From assembly GCF_001194135.2 (NCBI RefSeq), contig NC_068983.1, positions 52,508,885 to 52,551,569 of the forward strand: a DNA stretch of 42,685 nt, in the 5' to 3' direction. A model generated the notes under the pieces. The model made no database searches. It saw only the letters and a program-made list of their open reading frames with translations, and was not told the origin of the DNA. Below, piece by piece: positions 1-11,633 of this stretch. Every line of letters starts with the position of its first letter. The stretch's first letter is position 1. Source of the stretch: Octopus bimaculoides. Lineage: Eukaryota. A program made the translations under genes and the position numbers.

Positions 1-384
1 TATATATATATATATATATATATATATGTCAGTATATTTCCGATTCTTTCAGTTGGTTTCTATGTTGCAGTTATTATAAGCCATTCCTGTCCTTTTAACA
101 GAAATCGCGTGTGACGCTAATTAAGATATTCGTTCTAAACGTACCTTATAGTCGACACACCTATTTCGAATCTTCATTGTACTTACTTCCTTTCTTTCGC
201 TGAATGAATGCATTTATTTCCACAATGTCCATTCATCCTTTTCATAAAGTCTTTAACGATGAAGCTTGTTGATGGCTACTTTTGAATATGATACATTTCT
301 GTCTTCTCTCATCAAAGGTCAAATTATTTTTCTAGTAGGAATGTCATCATCATAATCATCATCATCATCATTATCGATATAATG

Positions 385-810
385 TATTTAACGTCTTCTC
401 TTTCTCATTTACATGGATCGGGTATAGTTTTTTGGGAGACAGATTTTCAACGATCAGATGCTCTCTGCGTCACCAGCCTCACCCATTTCCGGGCAAAGTA
501 ATATTTTATTCATAGCCGGGCCTGTTTTTGCAGAAGATTGGAAAAGAACGACACCATCTGTACGACGGTGATACTCACTTACAACAACCACGCGGTATCA
601 AGAAGACACAAATATACGAGCATGCACAAACATGCGCACACACGCTCACAGGCTTCTTCAATTTTTCTCCACCAAATCCACGATCAATGCTTTTGTCTCC
701 TCTGTTCCAGAGTAAAAGATACTTCTTCAAAATACCACTCAATGGGACTGATCCCCAAACCACGTGGTTATTGAGTGAACTTCTTGATCACACAACTACG
801 CTCTCGGCCA
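385..810 (-). mobile_element. Decayed tRNA-derived SINE (OR-type head, probable LINE-derived 3' tail)
   Basis: 739-810 is the reverse complement of the head seen intact at 37824 (...caatgggactgatcccc...accacgtggtt...cttcttgatcacacaac). The remainder resembles a recalled octopus SINE body and tail. Heavily diverged; boundaries approximate. Confidence 0.55.
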
Positions 811-1333
811 TCGATAGAATATGGTCGATTGAAATTTATCGATATAAATCTTATACAAATCTAATTACTACTGAGATTTAAATTTTATAAGTAAGAACGG
901 CGTCAATGACATTGAGAATTACCGAACAACATAAATTTGAAATATTTATGTAATTCATATACCACTAACTAACTTAGGGGGTCTCTGCTCTGCGACTTCA
1001 ATGAACATCTAATAAATAACAACGAAATTTCCCTCAAAGTACACCCTATTGTTTTTAATGAAGATACGTTGAAAATTATTGTCTCACGTACTGAATGGCC
1101 AGAAAAAGATAGAACGGGATTGGTAGATACGAATTTGAATATAGCTCTGGTCGATCAGGATCTACAAGAGGATAAATAATCTAAATAATCCTTTCTATTC
1201 TAAGCACAAGGCCTGAAATATTGGGAGAGGGGACAAGTCGATTTAATCAACTCCAGTGTTTCACAGGTACTTAATTTATCGAACCCGAAATGATGAAAGG
1301 CAAAGTCAACCTCGGCAGAATTAGAATCAGAAA

Positions 1334-1557
1334 GGCGGCGAGCTGGCAGAAACGTTAGCACTCCGGGCGAAATGCTTAGCGGTATTTCATCTGCCGTTAC
1401 GTTCTGAGTTCAAATTCTGCTGAGGTCGACTTTGCCTTTCGGGGTCGATAAATTAAGTACCAGTTACGCACTGGGGTCGGTGTAATCGACTTAATCCCTT
1501 TGTCTGTCCTTGTTTGTCCCCTCTATGTTTAACCCCTTGTGGGCAATAAAGAAATAA
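1334..1557 (+). mobile_element. SINE family M, full-length copy (tRNA-derived head, Meta-domain-like core)
   Basis: Starts ggcggcgagctggcagaa (A-box-like); B-box-like GAGTTCAAATTC at 1406-1417; core gtcgactttgcctttcggggtcgataaattaagtaccag; tail aaagaaataa. The Meta-domain label is from memory. Confidence 0.9.
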
Positions 1558-1774
1558 GAAACGTTAGCACGCCAGGTGACATGCTTAGCGGTATTTCGTC
1601 TGCCGTTACGTTACGAGTTCAAATTCGGCCGAGGTTGACTTTGCCTTTCATCCTTTCGGGGTCGATAAATTAAGAACCAGTTACGCACTGGGGTCAATGT
1701 AATCGACTTAATCCCTTTGTCTGTCCTTGTTTGTCCGCTCTATGTTTAGCCCCTTGTGGGCATTAAAGAAATAG
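1558..1774 (+). mobile_element. SINE family M, second tandem unit lacking the first ~15 nt
   Basis: Near-identical repeat of 1349-1557, starting gaaacgttagcacgcc directly after the first copy's tail. Confidence 0.9.
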
Positions 1775-2110
1775 GAATTAGAATTCAGAACGTAACAGCA
1801 GATAAAATACTGCTAAACATTTCGCCCGGCGCCCTAACGATTTTACCTGACGATATATTTTAACATTCGAAATAAACTAACCATCTTCCAATTGACCATA
1901 CTTTTTAAAGGAGAACCCTGTTAGAAATTTTGCAGTTTATTACAAATGTATATTTTAACTGAATATATTTTGACAAATAAAACGCCTTGTGCACCGTGAA
2001 CATCAAGAAACAGATTCGAATGTGAGTACGCTAATTGCTGTTGTATATTGTTATTGAAGAACAACTTCTACTTTCAGAGTAATATGTTCATAACGCATTA
2101 GTATCATTAA

Positions 2111-2398
2111 GGTTACAACGACGAAGGTAGCAGTTGGTCCGATCAACAGAACAGTGTTCTCGTGAAATTAACGGGCAGGTGGTTAAGCATTCCACAGACA
2201 CACATACCCTTAACGTAGCTCTCAGGGAGATTCAGCTTGACAGACAATGTGACAATACTGGCGCCTTTGTCATACAGCTACAACTCATCATTGCCAACTA
2301 AGTGAACAAGAGTAATGTGCAATGAAGTGTCTTGCCCAAGGACACGACGCGAGAATTGAACAGCAACTTTGCGATCGTGAACTGTATTCCCAAACCAC
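2111..2398 (-). mobile_element. SINE family C (tRNA head, gtgtcttgcccaaggacac core, 3' domain shared with 42415-42685)
   Basis: 2111-2284 aligns with 42424-42594 (gatccgatcaac.gaacag...ctcgtgaaattaacg...ccacagacac); tRNA-like head remnant at 2350-2398. Possibly a Ceph-type SINE (from memory, unverified). Confidence 0.75.
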
Positions 2399-2407
2399 AA
2401 AGTTATA

Positions 2408-2945
2408 CGCCTTCACACTCCTTCAATCGCGCAGGCAAGGCAATTTTCCTTTGCCTGGTGGCTGTGGTGAAAGAGGTTGTTTAATGGACAAGCCTGAAAA
2501 GCATGAGGACAGATACATTCCTCTTTGGTGAAGCTCTCATTAACTTCTTCAAGTTTCACTTCAAATTGAAATTGAGAGTGAAGATAGAAGTGCTGTCTTC
2601 GAGTGAGTTTATTGAAAGGTAGGTGAAAATTGCAAAAATTGCAAGAGTGTATCGGAGTGAAGGAATCGGAGAAGGCACTTGCTCTTTGATTTTCAGAGAA
2701 TTCTCGGGCAATGGTGTTCCCCGATTATCCCTAGAGACCTTCCTGTATCAGGAGGGCCATATCTCTGTCAATCCTTCCCGCTACTGTTTTTCTTAAACCT
2801 TTGTATGCTATGCATATGTCCAACTATACTTACTTCCTTTCTGTTCTTTTTAATCATTTCATTATATGTAAACTCCCACACTTTATGCCTGTCTTTGTAT
2901 TGTCCCCCTTATCCATCGTCCTTGTGGAAAATAAATGAAATCATT
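2408..2945 (+). mobile_element. L1/Tx1-type LINE 3' end, 5'-truncated
   Basis: Aligns with 27950-28540 (gcaggcaaggca.ttttcctttgcctggtggctgtggtgaaagaggttg...), with an internal deletion; ends AATAAAtgaaa followed by a trinucleotide tail. Confidence 0.8.
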
Positions 2946-2980
2946 ACTACTACTTCTACTACTACTACTACTACTACTAC

Positions 2981-3008
<28 letters not shown>
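2946..3008. repeat. Compound (ACT)n(AAT)n microsatellite
   Basis: Read directly; follows the LINE poly(A) signal. Confidence 0.95.
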
Positions 3009-3012
<4 letters not shown>

Positions 3013-3213
3013 TGAGAAGAGCATTATCGCTGTGAAAAGAACATCCATTCATGAATTTATTTATTTTTTTAATGCATATTTTACTTGTGAATCTGCATGT
3101 GTAAACTGGGAATGCATACAATGAGCTTCTCTGCCCTAGGTGTACGGAAAACACTAGTCGAGAAATGGAAGAAAATTTGAAGAAAGAAGGAAAAAAAAAA
3201 CAACAACAACAAC

Positions 3214-3281
<68 letters not shown>
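3214..3281. repeat. (AAT)n microsatellite
   Basis: Read directly. Confidence 0.97.
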
Positions 3282-3282
<1 letters not shown>

Positions 3283-3376
3283 GAGCATCACAGCAAACCA
3301 CAGCACATACCCAAGGCACACAGAGCTGCGCTCGGTAGTGAAGTGAAAGCACGTTATAAAAATAAAACTACTGAAC
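3282..3376 (+). mobile_element. R4/Dong-type LINE subfamily A, 3' UTR only
   Basis: 93 of 95 nt identical by eye to 31599-31693, the 3' UTR of an RLE-coding fragment; (AAT)n on both sides. Confidence 0.9.
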
Positions 3377-3440
3377 AATAATAATAATAATGATAATAGT
3401 AATAATATTAATAATAATTTCTAGCACCTTCCGGATTATT

Positions 3441-3568
3441 ACAGCACTGCTTGGAACCGCTCGAATACTCCAGAAGGTGCTCGAAAAATAAAAGGTGCTA
3501 TCTTAGTTCACTGGTAGTGAACAGCTGACACTGTATTACATCTCTAGCGTTAGAAGCTGTGCAAAAGC
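3441..3568 (+). mobile_element. R4/Dong-type LINE subfamily B, extreme 3' end
   Basis: Translates TALLGTARILQKVLEK*; 3' UTR matches the reverse complement of 26727-26860; AAT repeats on both sides. Confidence 0.85.
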
Positions 3569-3573
3569 AATAA

Positions 3574-3575
<2 letters not shown>

Positions 3576-3644
<69 letters not shown>
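3576..3644. repeat. (ATT)n microsatellite
   Basis: Read directly. Confidence 0.97.
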
Positions 3645-3645
<1 letters not shown>

Positions 3646-5409
3646 GATTCCTACTAATTTTAGAGAAATTTGGAAGTGCTGTATTCATACTATTACTACA
3701 ATATCCTTTCTTCATAGAGGAAAATAAATGCCTATGATTGGATTAAAAACCTAATTGTCATCATGGTATATGGGAAGCTTATCTTCTGCTTTATAATGCT
3801 TGATTTCATTAAATACCATTTAATGAATAACAGTAATACTGTGTAGATTGCTCAAATATAAGAGAGCCCATCTCTTTGCTTCATGTGCTGATGTACACAT
3901 AGCTCTTGTCGGAGCTGGACCAACTGCAGCTAATTACATGTTATTTAGCATTGATCAATTGAACGAACTAAATCAGTCATATACACTAACGAAAAAGTAA
4001 TTTAAGCTTAGGACAAAACACGAATTCTCATCCAATATTGCAAGCTGCTAGTCACAGAGGCAATAAGACAACCCGTCACATGACTAGACAGATAGTATTT
4101 TCCATAGGAAGCCATCAAACGCTTTTGTAATTCATCTGCAATAACTGTCAATGGATTTCTTCCTTTGAAGTATCGTTAGACGTTAATTTAGAAGGGAATG
4201 ATTGCGCGTCCCATCTGTCCAATGTAACTATATTAACATTGCGTTATATCAGTTATAGCATCATTTCGAAAATCGTCACGAATATAATTTCTGTGTCCGC
4301 ATTGTTCAATCGTTGAATCGACTTGTGCAGCTTCTAGTCAATTATCTTCGTTAAAATGACTGAAGAAGAAAGAGATAGAGAGAGACAGGGAGAGACAGAC
4401 AGACAGACAGAGAAGTAAAATCAGAAACTAACGCAAAGGATGGTGGCGTGGTTTCACCTATAAAATTTGTGCTTAGGAAAAACATTGGCCTAACTTGTAT
4501 CAATCAATAAGCTAAAAGATGTGTTGACAACAATTCCTATTTTCATTTATATATTTCTCCATCTTTTTATTTATTTATACATTTATTTGTTCGTATCTTA
4601 ATCAGAGAAAAACTAATAGTACATATAACCTTTCAGTAAGTCCTCTGAGAATGATATAAGAAATGCTACAAGTTGTCTTCTGACTGGACATCTGGCCGAA
4701 TGCTGGTAGCAGATTGTCTATACTAAAAGTACACAGTGGCCACGATGGGGTTCTTATACTTGACGATGGTTATGAAGCATTAGGAATTAGAATTTTAAAA
4801 AAATGATAGAATTATTTATGTATGCGGAATATCTTATAGGATAATCTTACAGATCATGGTATAATATATATTGCATTTTTTATCTTATAGCGAGAAGTTA
4901 AGGCAGGGTACTTTTTTCTTTATCGGATCTCAGAACCTGATGGAAGGGAAAATGGGAGACATCGTCAACCCGGAAAACTCATTCGGATACTCACAGCAGA
5001 GTGGAGTTCTCTAACGGTACCCAAGGGACTAAGGAATAGTATTAAGCCAGGTGTCAAATTCAGACTTCTACAGTAGTATGAAAAGGCTAAATTTGAACTC
5101 TCAACGCAAATTGCCAGAATAAATAGCACATAACATCCGATCCGATTCGCTTCTCACTTCTGCTGATCCACCGCCAAGGACTGGTACTTTTTGTCAACCA
5201 TAAATGTATGTAGAACACAGTTACATTCAACAGGGTTCGAACTCAAAGCGCAGAATGCTGCTACATTCTCTCTGATGACCTAATGAATCAGTCAATTTGA
5301 CCCAAAACTGTTTCTATAATTCACCATTGTTAAACTGTCTCATGCTGGTACGACGTGCGAATTAAGCTAAAGGTACACGTGTTTGTATATTACTCAACTA
5401 TGCACACTG

Positions 5410-5620
5410 ATCTTAAATTTTGGCATGAGGTCACCAGTTTCAGGGAAAGGGGTATTCGGTCGAATACATTGACCGCCAGTGTCTCACTGGTTCTTATTTT
5501 GTCGGCCTCGAAAGGATAAAGGGCGAAGCCGATCTCGGGGAAATTTAAACTCAAAACGTGAAGACGGACAAAATGCGAACGTCAGTATGTTAGTGTGTCG
5601 CACTTTTTCAACTTTGCTCC
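5410..5620 (-). mobile_element. SINE family M, decayed
   Basis: cactggttcttattttgtcggcctcgaaaggataaagggcgaagccgatctcggggaaatttaaactcaaaacgt is the reverse complement of the family core and B-box. Confidence 0.7.
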
Positions 5621-6723
5621 CAGAGGCCGTATCTCAACGTATCAGACCATTTTGGAATCAGGCCGACTTTGTGAGTAAATTAAAAACATTCCCGGCTGAA
5701 TCCGGAACCGCAATCCTGAAATTTTGGATTCCCAAGTTTTCACTTGTTTTCGGCGATTTTTTACGTCGTTTTTTCCGATTCATTTTTTTGTACGATAACA
5801 ATTTTTAGTAGCTGGAGGCGTGAAAACTTCACGGAAAATATAAAAAATGTAAGTATCTGTAAATAGTGATTTCATTTAATAACTATCGGATAATTATGGG
5901 CATTGCTACAGATGTATACTCCATCGGCTTTGTTGCCTCATACATTCCAGAAAAATGGATACTTTCTATTAAAGTTTCAACAAATAATCTCTTAAGTCCT
6001 GTTGATTGAATACATGTAAAAAGATTTATAGGAAATTTTTTTCCGAGCGGTTGGGGAGAGGAGATTCGGAAAATTCACATGATCCGACATGTTTCCTCTT
6101 GTAACTTTCAGGAAAATGGGTATTATTTAATGAAATTTTATACAAATACCTTTCAAACGGCATAGATTACGGTTGCTAAAGTTGGAGGCGGGTTATACGT
6201 CTGTAGTTATGCCTGATTATTTATAAGCAGGACCCTGGGAAATTCTACGAAATGCAATAAAATGTAAGCATCTTTTAAAGTAACATCCAATTACAGTGTA
6301 GAAAAGTAAAAGTAACATCCAATATTTGCTGGGGTTATGTATCTGTCTACTCTGAAAATACTAAAAAACACNNNNNNNNNNNNNNNNNNNNNNNNNNNNN
6401 NNNNNNNNNNNNNNNNNNNNNNNNNNNNNNNNNNNNNNNNNNNNNNNNNNNNNNNNNNNNNNNNNNNNNNNNNNNNNNNNNNNNNNNNNNNNNNNNNNNN
6501 NNNNNNNNNNNNNNNNNNNNNNNNNNNNNNNNNNNNNNNNNNNNNNNNNNNNNNNNNNNNNNNNNNNNNNNNNNNNNNNNNNNNNNNNNNNNNNNNNNNN
6601 NNNNNNNNNNNNNNNNNNNNNNNNNNNNNNNNNNNNNNNNNNNNNNNNNNNNNNNNNNNNNNNNNNNNNNNNNNNNNNNNNNNNNNNNNNNNNNNNNNNN
6701 NNNNNNNNNNNNNNNNNNNNNNN

Positions 6724-6763
<40 letters not shown>

Positions 6764-6764
<1 letters not shown>

Positions 6765-6875
6765 ATAAGTACTAGGCTTACAAACAATAAGTCCTGAGGT
6801 CAATTTACTCAACTAAAGGCGGTGCTCCAGCATGGCTGCAGTCAAATGACTGAAACAGATACAAGAATGAAAGAC
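6764..6875 (+). mobile_element. OR-type (CORE-like) SINE, 3' part
   Basis: gaataagtactaggcttacaaa...aaggcggtgctccagcatggc.gcagtcaaatgactgaaaca matches 38141-38236. Confidence 0.85.
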
Positions 6876-7554
6876 TAAACGAACATATATATACATATGT
6901 GTATGTGTGTGTATTTATATATACTTGTATATTGATAAATTTATTCAATGAGAAGGTTGCTAATTTAACCTGCTATCAGAAAACTGGTCTTCGTAAATGG
7001 CGTATAATCTATGTACTTGACCACATAGTGAGAATTTTTATACCGCCTCATAGTCGGTAATTTATTAAATTGTTGTTCAAGATATCAAAAATTGGACTAC
7101 ATCTTTGCAATATGTTTGCCTAAGTTTTACTGGAATGAAAAACACAAATTAAAAAACGACTGGTCTTTGATGTTCTATGGTCATAAGTACAAATATATTA
7201 GAATAATGTGTGCATAGATGTCTGTTTATATGCGAATGTATGTATGTATATATGTATGTATGAATGTATATGTGTATGTATGTATACGACTGTGTTGAAG
7301 TATATATCTTTATACGCTAAATGAAGCAGAGATAAAGAATGATGAACAAAATCTGCTTTTGATTTTCGGTCCAGATGATTTCATATATAGCCATCCTACT
7401 ATCTGATAGATTAAGAAAGAGATAATTCCAACACCGTCCAAGTGCTACAGGGTGCAGTACTGGAAATAAATCAGCACATACTGATGCATATGGTCGAATG
7501 AACTGCGTAGATTGGGTTCAATAACGCTCGTATATTTTCAGCGAAGCAAAGTAG

Positions 7555-7621
7555 ACGACGGATTTGTTGTTGTTATTGATGTTGTCGTTGTTGATGTTAG
7601 TAGTAGTATTAGTGGTGGAGA

Positions 7622-7680
<59 letters not shown>

Positions 7681-7858
7681 ATAGTAGTGGAGATGGTGGT
7701 AGTAGTAGTAGTAGTATTAGTAGTAGTAGTAGTAGTAGTAATGGGGATGGTGGTATTAGTAGCAGTATAGTGGTGGTGTGGTGCTGGGAATAGTGGTGGA
7801 AGTAGTAGTAGTAGTAGTAGTGGTGGGTGGATGGTGGCATTGGTGGTGGTGGTGGTAT

Positions 7859-7930
<72 letters not shown>

Positions 7931-7933
7931 CAG
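7555..7933. repeat. Compound (GTT)/(AGT)/(GGT) trinucleotide array with a recurring ggagatggtggt motif
   Basis: Read directly; source of the poly-S/L/V ORFs in the track. Confidence 0.95.
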
Positions 7934-8275
7934 CACTATTCTAGAAACAGAACTTGGTTTCAAATAGATACGCTACAAACATTTCACCGAATCCATGACA
8001 CTAGTTTAATAAACGAGGTAGGAGCCTCTGTGCGTGTGTGTGTGTGTGTGTGTGCGTATTTGTGTACAGTCACATTCAACACGTCCGAATGCACTCGGAC
8101 ATGAGAAGACATTCCACTGCGGAGAACCTCCCAGGAGAAAAAATATCTCCTTCTTAGCATACGATGCACACGGGCGTGTGGAGAGCTTACGCGGCAGAAA
8201 TAGTCCCTGGAGAAAATTTTTCTTATGGATATATAAAAATTCAAGATAGGTCACGACCCAGCGCGTCCAACAGTG
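7934..8275. mobile_element. Unclassified ~340 bp interspersed element (solo LTR or short-TIR element)
   Basis: GC-richer block with ends CACTATT...AACAGTG (7-bp inverted, 1 mismatch). On the minus strand it runs TGTT...AATA with TATA-like and ATTAAA motifs. No TSD found. Confidence 0.3.
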
Positions 8276-8356
8276 ATGAATACATACATACATACATACA
8301 TACATACATACATACACACATACATACATACATATGTGTTATGTATGTATGTGTGA

Positions 8357-8400
<44 letters not shown>

Positions 8401-8829
8401 NNNNNNNNNNNNNNNNNNNNNNNNNNNNNNNNNNNNNNNNNNNNNNNNNNNNNNNNNNNNNNNNNNNNNNNNNNNNNNNNNNNNNNNNNNNNNNNNNNNN
8501 NNNNNNNNNNNNNNNNNNNNNNNNNNNNNNNNNNNNNNNNNNNNNNNNNNNNNNNNNNNNNNNNNNNNNNNNNNNNNNNNNNNNNNNNNNNNNNNNNNNN
8601 NNNNNNNNNNNNNNNNNNNNNNNNNNNNNNNNNNNNNNNNNNNNNNNNNNNNNNNNNNNNNNNNNNNNNNNNNNNNNNNNNNNNNNNNNNNNNNNNNNNN
8701 NNNNNNNNNNNNNNNNNNNNNNNNNNNNNNNNNNNNNNNNNNNNNNNNNNNNNNNNNNNNNNNNNNNNNNNNNNNNNNNNNNNNNNNNNNNNNNNNNNNN
8801 NNNNTATATATATATATATATATATTATA

Positions 8830-9070
8830 TATAAAAAATACAAAGATGGAACAAGAACGCAAAACATCCAGACAGTTAGGTGATACAAAAAAGGGACAAC
8901 AAAACATCCGGACAGACGATACAAAGTAAACAAGGACGGGTCATTCGGAGATGTACTTGCATAGCAAGTGACCTGATCTGTGATCGTGTGCTGAAACAAA
9001 AATAATTGCAGCGTGGATTATAAGCCATTTAAAAACACAAAAACCGTTAGGTTTACTTCATTTAAATTTA
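8830..9070. mobile_element. Interspersed repeat fragment(s), possibly Penelope-related terminal repeat
   Basis: Internal direct repeat caaaacatcc(a/g)gacag (about 8859-8874 and 8900-8915); resembles recalled octopus repeats; class unverified. Confidence 0.3.
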
Positions 9071-9400
9071 ATATTTGCTAATACATAGTCAGAAACCATG
9101 CTCCAGGAGATAGATGGTTAATATCTTTATTTTTCTTTCCCTTTGAAATATATCCCTAATAGTGGTTTGGATTTTGGCTATTCCTTCTAGCGTGCCAGGT
9201 ATGCTAAGATAGATACCCCTTATGTGTTTAAATGTACAATGTATTTATATGAATAATATATAGTCTATTGTCTAATTTTTCTACACGCTAGGCCACTGGT
9301 GGAAAAATTTTCTAAATTGTTTTTCTTACCCTGATATTACCAATTATACATACATACATACATACATACATACATACATACATAAATGCATACATACATA

Positions 9401-9620
9401 CGGGGTGACCCAAAAGTAGGTTTACAGTTATCATGTAGGCACTTTAAATTTCTTTTAAAACATTTTATTACATTTAAATTTCTATCTTAATTAACTAAAT
9501 TAGCATATAATAATGGTTTCGTTTATTTTTTTTTCAATATATAATTAAGATCTAAACTCTTAATATATGAATGCGAAAGAGATAGTTGAATAACTGCAAA
9601 CTTACTTTTGGGCCACCCTG
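9401..9620. mobile_element. Tc1/mariner-type MITE, 220 bp
   Basis: 31-bp TIRs at 9401-9431 (cggggtgacccaaaagtaggtttacagttat) and 9590-9620, 4 mismatches, all transitions; TA on both sides (9399-9400, 9621-9622); AT-rich non-coding interior. Confidence 0.92.
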
Positions 9621-10229
9621 TATATACCCAAACTCACAGTCCTGATATTAACTGAAAAATCTAAAAAACTTGTAGAAATTTATATTTTCTACTGCAATTA
9701 TTGATATAGATGAAAAAGCGAGGAGTGTTTTGCAATAAAATTAGTATATACACAGAGAGAAGTTTTCAGATGTTGAATATCAGTGTTAGACTGTTCAATA
9801 TTTTGTATGTTACATGTTTGCGTCCTAACGAGCGCCAATACGGACATAATTTTCTAATCAAATTTTTGCAGTAGTCTGGGTTTACTTTTTATGTCTAATA
9901 CTGATGAATCTCTTCATTTAAATTGAAAGTTGGCGCAGCATACTAAACTGTAGGTTCTTTTATTTTCCTCTTGACAGATCCATTTTACAAGAAAACGGAG
10001 CTCAGGTAGTGGATATGGACACAGTCACGAGACTAGTTTTGGTGCAAGTAGATTCCTGCCAGACGACTGAACAACCTCATACAAAACAGCGGTATTCCAC
10101 TAGAGGAGATTGAGCAAGTAGTGAAATTGTCGGCTCTTACAAAATTCAGATCGCTCTGTAATGCGTCTAAATAAGCCTAGTTTAATGCAGGCTTAAGAAA
10201 AAAATAACAACTTAGTGACTGGAGATTAG

Positions 10230-10568
10230 GGCGAATAACATTATCAAAACTGCATTAAGGTCAGGACACACAGGTAACCATATCGCATCTTCCTTCATGC
10301 GGTTTAACGCAGGATATGTCTGGGTTTTGAGTAGAAGGACCCTACTGTAAATATGCTACAGTCTCCATTCAATGCCGGGGGTACCAGAGGTGGAGCTGCA
10401 GCCCATCTTAGAAGGCTGGTGAATGTTCAAAGGTTGCATACCCTGGAATCCCCGAGACAATCTAAGAACGAGCGATCATTCACAATTCGTACCGGGGACG
10501 TTACAATTCTATCGAATAAGATGAGAGAACTGAAAAAGATTAGATTATATCGACTGGATATAATCTAA
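10230..10568 (+). mobile_element. RTE-clade LINE 5' region with the start of the AP-endonuclease domain, decayed
   Basis: Translates FTIRTGDVTILSNKMRELKKIRLYRLDII, resembling the APE N-terminus (I/L-T-I-G-T-W-N-V-R-T-L...E-L-x-R-Y-x-x-D-I-I). Upstream DNA treated as 5' UTR; left boundary uncertain. Confidence 0.55.
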
Positions 10569-10629
10569 TATTTTTATGCAATTTTCTTTTTTCACTTCGT
10601 CAAACTGGAGCCAAATTTATTCCCGCTTT

Positions 10630-10772
10630 ACATTTTGAGTTCAAATTCCGCTGAAGCAAATTTAACTTTTCCCCGCCATGGGGCTCGATAAGATATGTAC
10701 CAATTATGCACTAGAATCAATTTAGTCGACTAGGCCCTTCCCCATTAATTATGTCTTTGCCTATAGTAGAAA
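10630..10772 (+). mobile_element. SINE family M, decayed
   Basis: ttgagttcaaattccgc B-box, ggggctcgataagatatgtacca core, gcctatagtagaaag tail. Confidence 0.7.
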
Positions 10773-11633
10773 GAAAAATACTTGTTTTTAACAATTTCAA
10801 TTTTAAAATTGCAAATTGCAGAAACTGCACATGTGGTCAAATCATTTCATTACCGTTAATAATAAAGTTGTCATCTTGTTTTAGTAAGATATTTCAACTC
10901 AAACAGATGTCGAGTTGATTGAAATGTTTACTTTATATTTCCTACTGGAATATGAATCATCATACAATAATCTTTATTAATATTTCTTGAATTAAGTAAC
11001 TTAATTAGCAATCCACTGAATCATTCTACTATGTTCTGTAAACCAATTCTGTAAATTAATATGCCATACGCGTCAAGCAGTATTCATTTGTATTTAATCT
11101 TGATATCACAAGCTATAGAATAATGTAGTTAACTGTTTAGCCAGAAGTATGAACGAAGCGGAAGAAATATAAATGCCGTTTTAATTCTAAATTAGAGCTG
11201 AAATTTAATTTCATTCGCTCTTCGCTATGTCTATTTCTAACTAAAGGAAACATTACGGATTCCTTAATCAATACGTTGGTCTTCAGCTAATACTACTTCA
11301 AATCTAAGAACTGACATACTCAACTCACCATTTCAAATTTGCCAATATTAGGTTCATAAACAAATCATTCAAAACAAGAGGAAATTGAAGATCAAGTCAG
11401 CAACATATCACGTTTTCTCTCCTCAGAGTATGTAACATCACTGGCATGTATAAATTCAACTAGAATCCGTTACGTAAAAGCTTGGTCTTCGTTTCAGATT
11501 TACTAATATATACAAGTTATCTCGAGTTCTCTCTACATAAAAATTCCAGGAAGCCATAAGCATTATACAACTAAATTAATAAGAGTCGAGAGAAAGTAGA
11601 TAATGCATGGTTACTAAATGTAAAAGACGGATA

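Larger units (their letters stand above)
1188..1850 (-). mobile_element. SINE family M (Meta-domain-like) host copy, split into 1188-1332 and 1775-1850 by a nested insertion
   Basis: Reverse complement of the + copies: ataatcctttc tail, ggtacttaatttatcgaacccgaaatgatgaaaggcaaagtc core, resuming at 1775 with cagaacgtaacagcagataaaatac...catttcgcccggcg. Confidence 0.8.

Noticed and set aside
5479-5808. 109-aa ORF
   Set aside because: Reads through an antisense SINE into an unassigned repeat-like block; no protein similarity recognised.
11412-11510. Exon after the acceptor ttttctctcctcag
   Set aside because: Short open frame, weak donor, no recognisable product.
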